Of a stretch of DNA of 64,000 bases, positions 49,596 through 56,432 are shown in pieces; the stretch's first letter is position 1, and every line of letters begins with the position of its first letter. Origin of the DNA: an uncultured delta proteobacterium (GTDB lineage Bacteria > Desulfobacterota > Desulfobacteria > Desulfobacterales > JAHEIW01); contig CAVPNL010000015.1 in the NCBI GenBank assembly GCA_963706575.1, forward strand, positions 352,001-416,000, given 5' to 3'. The notes below the pieces were generated by a model. The model worked only from the letters and a program-made list of their open reading frames with translations, had not been told where the DNA came from and did no database searches. Both the position numbers and the translations under genes were made by a program.

Positions 49596-50264
49596 TTGAA
49601 CACAATTACCAGATATAATAAGCAGCCGCTTTACGATACCGCAGGACAGGTCCCCAAACTAAGTACCATCGCCGCTGCGCTGGGCATTAAAGATCCCTAT
49701 ACCCGGGAACACAACCGGCGGGTTGCGATTTATGCTCGCCGGCTGGCCGAGCGCATCGGTCTGAGTGCCGGAACCGTTGAAAATATCCAACTGGGCGGTC
49801 TGCTGCATGATATAGGAAAAATCGGTCTGAGCGCAAAGGTTCTCAACAATACGCACGAGCAGCTGTCCGGCGACATGATGGCTGAAGTGCATTTGCACCC
49901 GCTAATGGGTGCAGCTATCTTAAAGAATCTTGATGTTCCCGCGCCGGTTATTGATTATGTCCGATACCATCATGAAAAAATGGACGGCAGCGGTTACCCC
50001 TTTGGACTCCGCAACGACCAGATCCCGCTGGGCGCCAAAATTATCCGGGTGGCCGATTGTTTTGATGCCATTACAACGGACCGGCCGTATCAGCAACGCA
50101 AAAGCTGGATCGAGGCTCTGGCTGTTTTACGTCAAATCAGCGGCACTGACCTAAATCCCGCGCTGGTTGCGGCATTCATTGCCGACATAAAAGAAAACGG
50201 GCTGGCGCTAGACCCGACCCGTTCCATCTCGCTATACAGCCCGATTTCTCAATATCTTTTTTAA
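49596..50264 (+). CDS. Stand-alone HD-GYP phosphodiesterase
   Basis: KDPYT.EH..RV, LHDIGK, HHEKMDGSGYP and AD.FDA.TTDRPY motifs. TTGACA-N17-TATACC promoter at 49514-49542. Confidence 0.92.
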   Translation: MNTITRYNKQPLYDTAGQVPKLSTIAAALGIKDPYTREHNRRVAIYARRLAERIGLSAGTVENIQLGGLLHDIGKIGLSAKVLNNTHEQLSGDMMAEVHLHPLMGAAILKNLDVPAPVIDYVRYHHEKMDGSGYPFGLRNDQIPLGAKIIRVADCFDAITTDRPYQQRKSWIEALAVLRQISGTDLNPALVAAFIADIKENGLALDPTRSISLYSPISQYLF

Positions 50265-50378
50265 AATTTAAAAGACCGCATCCGGCCTTTGTGGCTGGAT
50301 CATCATTTCTTTCGCTGCTCGGCTGGGCAGGCGGCAACCGGTATGTTTTAATCGGCCTGGCAGAATGAGACCATCAAA

Positions 50379-51557
50379 TTGACTCCTCAAACAAAAGGCG
50401 CCAACACAAGGGTTATTCTAGCCTTAACTCTGATCCACTTCATTGGCGACTTCTATAACGCCTTTATCATTCCCCTGCTGCCGCTTTTTATCGACAAATT
50501 CTCATTAACCCTGGCCCAGGCCGGCCTGGTTACCGGTCTGAGCCGTTTTCTGGCCTTTGTGGTCCAGCCCCCGGTCGGGTATCTTGCCGACAGGCACCCT
50601 TCGCGCTTCTTTGCCCTGGGCGGGCCTCTGATGGTGATGGTGTTTATTCCGCTAACCGGAATTACGCCTCATTTCTGGATGCTGGTCCTTTGTGTCTGTC
50701 TGGGTTCGATCGGATCTTCCATGTTTCATCCCACCGCCGCCGGGATGGTCCAACCCTACGCAGGCCGCCATTTCGGAATGGCCATGTCCATCTTTGGCAC
50801 TGGCGGTACGTTGGCATTTGCCGTCGGGCCGCTGTTTATCAGCTGGCTGGTCGCCAGATATGGCCTGGGTGCGACGCCGTTTTCAATGATACTGGGTATC
50901 GGGGTCATCATTTTTATTTTCAGGACCGTTCCGACGCCCCAAGCCAGTATACTGAAAAGTCATGGTTTCATTAATTCCATTAAAGAAGTTTTTGGAGCCG
51001 TATGGCTTCCGATCGTCTTGATCCTGATGGTCATGATTATGCGCGCTTTTGTCAGTCAGTCGTTTATGACCTATCTGCCCGTAAAGGTTGCACGCCTGGG
51101 CTATTCGCTGGTTTCTATCGGCACCCTGGTTTCACTGTTTACTATCGCCGGTGCGCTGAGCGGTCTTTTGGCCGGCCACCTTTCCGATCGGATTGGATTT
51201 AAACCCGTGTTTATTTGCGCTCATCTTCTGGCAACACCCTGTATCGTCGCCGCGCTTTATCTGCCCGGCAATTGGATTTTCATATTTTGTTTTTTGTCCG
51301 GTTTTTTTATTCTGGCCACTATCCCGCTGGGGGTTGCCCTGGCACAAAAGCTGGCCCCCAAAGGAAAAGCCATGGCCTCCAGCCTGATGATGGGGCTCGC
51401 CTACGGCACGGGCGGGTTGCTGACCCCGTTGACAGGAAAGCTGGCGGATATATTTACGATCCAGCCGGTATTGACCGTAATCGCCATTGTCCCCGTATTG
51501 ACCCTCGTGCCCATTATTTATCTATTTAGTAAGGATCCTTCAACGGTCACGGCCTGA
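50379..51557 (+). CDS. MFS transporter (Fsr-like)
   Basis: H..GD, QPPVGYLADR, FHP, GG.L.FA.GP and GHLSDRIG motifs. Confidence 0.9.
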   Translation: MTPQTKGANTRVILALTLIHFIGDFYNAFIIPLLPLFIDKFSLTLAQAGLVTGLSRFLAFVVQPPVGYLADRHPSRFFALGGPLMVMVFIPLTGITPHFWMLVLCVCLGSIGSSMFHPTAAGMVQPYAGRHFGMAMSIFGTGGTLAFAVGPLFISWLVARYGLGATPFSMILGIGVIIFIFRTVPTPQASILKSHGFINSIKEVFGAVWLPIVLILMVMIMRAFVSQSFMTYLPVKVARLGYSLVSIGTLVSLFTIAGALSGLLAGHLSDRIGFKPVFICAHLLATPCIVAALYLPGNWIFIFCFLSGFFILATIPLGVALAQKLAPKGKAMASSLMMGLAYGTGGLLTPLTGKLADIFTIQPVLTVIAIVPVLTLVPIIYLFSKDPSTVTA

Positions 51558-51672
51558 GATCCGCAAAAAGAGCGCAGGAATTCTCCGATCTTCGATTTAC
51601 AAAAAGAAGATCATACCTATAATAGATTTTAGGTTTTCGCCTGGAATCGTTTGAATACAAGGACAGTAAAAG

Positions 51673-51810
51673 ATGGACGAAGATATATTTGAATATATGG
51701 ATGAATTGGATTGTGAAGTAACCGTTTTCGACGGCGCCTACAAAACCTGCGAGATGGCTGAAGAAGAGACCTATGAGGAAATCGAAATTTATAAAGATTT
51801 TGATATTTAA
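51673..51810 (+). CDS. 45-aa highly acidic microprotein
   Basis: Not in ORF track. AAGGA upstream. MDEDIFEYMDELDCEVTVFDGAYKTCEMAEEETYEEIEIYKDFDI* (18 D/E, 2 K). Confidence 0.6.
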   Translation: MDEDIFEYMDELDCEVTVFDGAYKTCEMAEEETYEEIEIYKDFDI

Positions 51811-52034
51811 GCGTTTTATGGTAGATAAGGTTTTGGGTTAGCCGGTTTAACCAGTTGAGTCGGCTGAGCCCGTTTAAATTGGAAAAATATCTGAACTTAA
51901 TTTTTGCGGGCAAACAGGCTAACGGGCAACTGGACAAGGCGCACAACCTGTGGAATTCGGACATCTTGAGCCGAACTATAACACTAACCTGGACACGTAG
52001 ACACCTTTTTAAGAATTATTCCATAAGGAGGAAG

Positions 52035-52268
52035 ATGGAAATGACCGAAACAACTCCCCAAAAAACATTCAAGCAAGTCTGCACCTGCCAAAATTGTGGC
52101 AATGAGGCTGAAATGATTATCACCTGTTCCTTTGAACCCGATGAGAGTAACGCCACCGTACGTGCCGCGCACACCGTTGTGGAAAAACCCGCCCACAAAC
52201 AGCGGCCGGGGCAAGCCACCTGCACGCATTGCGGGAATGAGGCCGAAATAATAGTCGATATCGGATAG
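52035..52268 (+). CDS. Small metal-binding protein with duplicated CxxCGNEAE motif
   Basis: AAGGAGG RBS. CTCQNCGNEAEMII ... TCTHCGNEAEIIV. Start is 52035 or 52041. Confidence 0.8.
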   Translation: MEMTETTPQKTFKQVCTCQNCGNEAEMIITCSFEPDESNATVRAAHTVVEKPAHKQRPGQATCTHCGNEAEIIVDIG

Positions 52269-52303
52269 CGCGATGCCATCAAATGTAAACTAGAGGAGAT
52301 GGT

Positions 52304-52780
52304 ATGAAATCCATCGCCATGATTATGGTCTTCTTTTTTGTCGGCCTAACCGCGTCAGGGGTGCAGGCCGAAATTTACTCCTGGACCGATGAAAACGGTG
52401 TCAAACATTACAGCCACACCCCACCACCCGATCGATCGGTTCCCGTAAAAGCTGCTCCTGAAATCCAGACCGATCCGACAGCCGATCAGAAGATAGAAAA
52501 AATAAACGAAGAAAACATCGACGCCATTCTCGAGGAGCTTGAAAAAGAAGAACAGGCGTCCGCCCCAAAGCCGGCCAAAACCCATAAACAGCCTTCCCGC
52601 CAGGAGCGCATCGCAGCCGAAAAGGAAAAACTGGCAGAAAAGATCGCGTGGTTGGAACAACTCCCGCCGGAGGCCTATACGAACACGCGCAGCAAGCAGG
52701 CCATCATCGGGCGCTATCGGTATCGGAAGCAGCAGTTGGAGTCGAACCCCGATGAATACTTCAAGAATTATGGGTACTAG
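52304..52780 (+). CDS. DUF4124 domain secreted protein
   Basis: Signal peptide, then AEIYSWTDENGVKHYSHTPP and a coiled coil. Confidence 0.88.
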   Translation: MKSIAMIMVFFFVGLTASGVQAEIYSWTDENGVKHYSHTPPPDRSVPVKAAPEIQTDPTADQKIEKINEENIDAILEELEKEEQASAPKPAKTHKQPSRQERIAAEKEKLAEKIAWLEQLPPEAYTNTRSKQAIIGRYRYRKQQLESNPDEYFKNYGY

Positions 52781-52842
52781 GTTCTGGAAGTAGATTTCAT
52801 GTGTCCGTCCTCGCGTATCAGTCAATTTTCAGGTGTTACAAC

Positions 52843-52932
52843 TGTTTCATTCGTTTGATTGGTTTAATTCGTTCAATTGGTTCGCTTTAAACCAACCAAT
52901 TCAACCAATGAAACAAATAAAACAAATCGAAC
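52843..52932. repeat. 9-bp-period inverted repeat element (ATTGGTT / AACCAAT family)
   Basis: GTTTCATTCGTTTGATTGGTTTAATTCGTTCAATTGGTT ... AACCAATTCAACCAATGAAACAAATAAAACAAATCGAAC. Confidence 0.8.
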
Positions 52933-52952
52933 AATCATTTGAAACCCTGAAC

Positions 52953-54248
52953 CTATGAACCTGACGACTGACAGACCAGCTGATAATCCTGCCGTAGCAC
53001 AAGAATAAATCCTATCCAAATGGCGCAGATGGAGACGGTGAGCCAGCTGAGCTGGGGCACACTGACCTGAAAAGGCAACCATTGCGTAAACAGCAGGATG
53101 ACAACAGAGCCGGTAACCTTAAACAGTCGGTAGCCAAACATGTCGATCCAGGCTTTGGCCTGATAGAGCAGGACTGAATCGAGCGGAACATACAATAGCT
53201 CCTTGGAAGCCCGGTTGATTGAATACGAAAGGGCTCTGTCGCTGATTTTGGTGGCACTGCTGAAAAAAAGCGTTGACTGCAGAAAAAAACACCAGGAAAA
53301 AATAAACATCATCAGCGGCTGAACCAGCAACCCGGCAATCGCACCTAAATAGCGGTGCACCAGCGGGGTGATCCCGAGATTGACGGCAATCGACATCATC
53401 CCCAATACGCTAAAAAACAGCGATAGAAAGGCGGTGCGGGCTTCCCGCTCCGGGTAAGCGCCTTCAACCGTGTTCAAAAACTGATACTCAACCAGCGGCG
53501 ATGCCAGCTGCGCAAAAAGCAAAATGGCCGCAATCAACAGTAAATACCGACTGTGCGTTAGAATTCGCCAACCCCCGCTGGCCTTCTGATGCGGGCGAAC
53601 CACGTGCTCGACCTCACAGTAAATACCCACGCGTCCCATCAACCAGGTCAATGCAAAAATGGTCCCGATGATGACGGCGGCGGTCAGCAGCAGATCCGGT
53701 GTCTGCAAGGGCGTGTGCCGGATAAGCATGGCCGAGACCCAGCCCCCGGCCACTCCGCCAACCAGACCACCGGTACCCACCAGCCCGTACCAGGATTTAC
53801 CTTCATGGGTGGTGTAAATCGAGTTGGTCAGACTCCAGAATTGTTCCACCAGAACCACGCCCAGGATATCGACAAAAACAAAAAAACAAGCGGCAACCCA
53901 TACGGTGGAATGGCTCATCAACACACGAAAAACGACCAGCAGGATGCTAATGGTCAGGCAGGTGCCGAGCACCACGTTGATCCGGCTGTGGCGCTCGACC
54001 AGACGGTGATAATAGCTGATAAAAACGCCCATGGTTACGGCGGTGGCGATCCAGATGTAGGGCAGACGCTCGGCGCCCAGGGATTCGATAAAAAGAGACC
54101 GACTGGCCGGCTTGAGCTGATAAAGGGCCATGATAATTAGAAAAAAGTTCATAAATAAAAATGTCGCCCGGAATCCCAAAGTGCGCAGAGCGATATATTT
54201 GGCATCGCATTCCGCGGTAATATCATGATTTGAATTTTTTGCTTGCAT
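52953..54248 (-). CDS. TLC/NTT (Npt1/Npt2-like) nucleotide transporter family MFS protein
   Basis: LKPASRSLF, QFWSLTNSIY...GKSWYG, YSINRASKELLYVPL and KAWID...YR motifs, about 12 TM. Confidence 0.8.
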   Translation of the reverse strand: MQAKNSNHDITAECDAKYIALRTLGFRATFLFMNFFLIIMALYQLKPASRSLFIESLGAERLPYIWIATAVTMGVFISYYHRLVERHSRINVVLGTCLTISILLVVFRVLMSHSTVWVAACFFVFVDILGVVLVEQFWSLTNSIYTTHEGKSWYGLVGTGGLVGGVAGGWVSAMLIRHTPLQTPDLLLTAAVIIGTIFALTWLMGRVGIYCEVEHVVRPHQKASGGWRILTHSRYLLLIAAILLFAQLASPLVEYQFLNTVEGAYPEREARTAFLSLFFSVLGMMSIAVNLGITPLVHRYLGAIAGLLVQPLMMFIFSWCFFLQSTLFFSSATKISDRALSYSINRASKELLYVPLDSVLLYQAKAWIDMFGYRLFKVTGSVVILLFTQWLPFQVSVPQLSWLTVSICAIWIGFILVLRQDYQLVCQSSGS

Positions 54249-54277
54249 TTTTCGCCTGTTGCGTAATAATAATGATT

Positions 54278-55165
54278 ATGAATAAGCTGCTCACAATGTC
54301 CACCCTGCTCTGCAGTTTACTGCTTTTCACCTTCACGGCCGGCGCCCAGCCTCAGGATCCGTCCTGGGCTGAAAGCTGTGACCCCCGCCTGCAAAAAGCG
54401 CTGGAGACGCGTTTGAATACCCTGCACCTGGACCGCGCCACCCAGCGTAAGCTTCTGAGCATTGTCGTCGTCGATATTACCGATGTTTCCGATCCCCGCA
54501 TGGCTTACATTAACCCCAACGAAATGATGTATGCCGCCAGTTTACCCAAGATTGCCATTCTTTTAGGTGCTTTTGAAAAAATTGCAGCTGGGCAAATGAC
54601 CTTGGATGACGAAACCCTCGAAAAGCTAAAGCTCATGATCCAGCGTTCCTCCAATACAGCGGCCTCCGAGATGCTGAACCGTGTGGGTATCGATTATTTG
54701 GCCGAACTGCTGCAGTCCCCCCGCTACCGGCTGTATGATTTTGAAAAAAACGGCGGTATCTGGGTCGGTAAAGAATACGGCAAGGCACCGGCACAAAGAC
54801 GGGATCCGCTCCACAATCTATCGCACGGCGCCACCGCTCTGCAGGTGGCCCGCTTTTATTACCTGCTGGAAACCGGACAGCTGGTTTCGCCGGAACTGAG
54901 TAAATTAATGAAATCGATCCTAGCGGAAACCGAAATCGAGCACAAGTTTGTCAAAGGGCTAAGAGCGGTTCAGCCGGACTCGGAGATTTACCGCAAATCC
55001 GGTACCTGGGGACCTTATCATTCCGACAGTGCCATCATCGAGCACCATGGCCGGCGTTACATTGCCGTGGCTCTTGCCAAAAGTCGCCAGGGTGAACAGT
55101 GGCTCCAAAAGCTAATTGTGGCGCTGGACGGCATCATTTGTCCGGTTGAGACCCATTCGAACTAA
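54278..55165 (+). CDS. Exported class A beta-lactamase/PBP-like serine hydrolase
   Basis: Signal peptide ending AGA. SxxK (ASLPK), SxN (SSN) and KSG motifs. Confidence 0.85.
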   Translation: MNKLLTMSTLLCSLLLFTFTAGAQPQDPSWAESCDPRLQKALETRLNTLHLDRATQRKLLSIVVVDITDVSDPRMAYINPNEMMYAASLPKIAILLGAFEKIAAGQMTLDDETLEKLKLMIQRSSNTAASEMLNRVGIDYLAELLQSPRYRLYDFEKNGGIWVGKEYGKAPAQRRDPLHNLSHGATALQVARFYYLLETGQLVSPELSKLMKSILAETEIEHKFVKGLRAVQPDSEIYRKSGTWGPYHSDSAIIEHHGRRYIAVALAKSRQGEQWLQKLIVALDGIICPVETHSN

Positions 55166-56432
55166 ATTTTCCCACCTTGTAATATTTCTCCAGCATGCGA
55201 TGAATGCGTGTGGCCAGCGTTTGATGTACAACGGCTGAATTTTTGCGCAACACATTCGACATGACCACCACCATGTAATACAGCTGTCGCTCGGCGGCCG
55301 GCGCCTCGATAATCGCCACCGAGTTGAGCATATTGGTGACATTGCCGTGATATTTTTTACACTCAAAACCGGGTTCGGCTTTGCATTTATACAGCGAGCC
55401 GGATTTAAAATAGACCGCCGCGGCGGCCAGCGCCGGTGATGAGGCATAGCGGATACGCCGCTGCGTCATATACAACAGCCGTTTGATTTCGCGGCTCGAG
55501 AAGGCATCCACCAGTTTTCCCTGCTCCAGTTTTAGCAACCAGCGCAGCAGTTCCCGTGGTGTGGCGTAACTGGTCGTTCCCGGCACCAGCCGCTTGCCCT
55601 GCCGCGTAAAAAAAGACCCCTGGCGCAGCTGCTCCAAATCCAGCCCGTTACGCACCACCGGATACTGCAAAGCCCGTGACAGCAAGGCGGCAAGCTCCTT
55701 TTTCGAAGTGGCCTTAAAAAACTGTTGGGCCTCAGTCTCGCTGACCGGATAGGCCGACCCGTAATGCACCAGCAGCATCAGGTGTTTCAATACCATACTG
55801 GCGGCCGCGTTGGAGCTGGCCGAAAGCATCCAGTCCAGATAGGTCCATAAGCTGGCCTGGTCACCCATCTGAATTTTAGGATAGCGCACCCGGGAATCTC
55901 CCGGCTGCCAGAGCGGAACCACATGGTGATCCCATTGAATGAATTCATCGGCGGTGACCAGAGTGTTGCGTAATATGCTCAGGCGCGAATCGATATCGTC
56001 CGGATAAACGTCGGCCAGCGCCTGAAAAATACCCAGGGCAATCAAAATTTTACCCACGCTGCCCGGGTTGGCCCGCTCTGTGCTGCGGTGTTCAGCATAT
56101 CGCGGCTGTTCGATGTTGGTTAGATCCAGCACCGAGACAGAATAGTGATCCGCTTCAGGGCCCAGCAAGTCTTGCAAGCGGGCAACAAATTCCGCGTCGG
56201 GCGGCGGGATCTCAAAATCGGTTCTGGCTCCCAGGCGTATATCCACCTGATCGATTGGCAGCAGGGCACCCGGAGGCTGCTTGGGCGCCCGCACCTTGCC
56301 TTCCATGGCCAGGCGATAGCCTTCCAGCCTGGCGATGCCCGTATAGTCATAACCATCCAGTGGATAGGCTCCACAGGGTGCGGCAAAAATCAAACCGATA
56401 ATACAAACAACAGCACTGAAGCGCAGTTTCAT
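55134..56432 (-). CDS. Exported class A beta-lactamase/PBP-like serine hydrolase
   Basis: Signal peptide. SxxK (GSVGK), SSN and KSG motifs. Start overlaps the dikinase stop (ATGA). Confidence 0.82.
   Translation of the reverse strand: MKLRFSAVVCIIGLIFAAPCGAYPLDGYDYTGIARLEGYRLAMEGKVRAPKQPPGALLPIDQVDIRLGARTDFEIPPPDAEFVARLQDLLGPEADHYSVSVLDLTNIEQPRYAEHRSTERANPGSVGKILIALGIFQALADVYPDDIDSRLSILRNTLVTADEFIQWDHHVVPLWQPGDSRVRYPKIQMGDQASLWTYLDWMLSASSNAAASMVLKHLMLLVHYGSAYPVSETEAQQFFKATSKKELAALLSRALQYPVVRNGLDLEQLRQGSFFTRQGKRLVPGTTSYATPRELLRWLLKLEQGKLVDAFSSREIKRLLYMTQRRIRYASSPALAAAAVYFKSGSLYKCKAEPGFECKKYHGNVTNMLNSVAIIEAPAAERQLYYMVVVMSNVLRKNSAVVHQTLATRIHRMLEKYYKVGKFSSNGSQPDK

Noticed and set aside
54278..56432. 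Calling the two serine hydrolases antibiotic-resistance beta-lactamases
   Set aside because: SxxK/SxN/KSG motifs are shared with PBPs, and I could not locate the class A omega-loop ExxLN motif. Function is left open.
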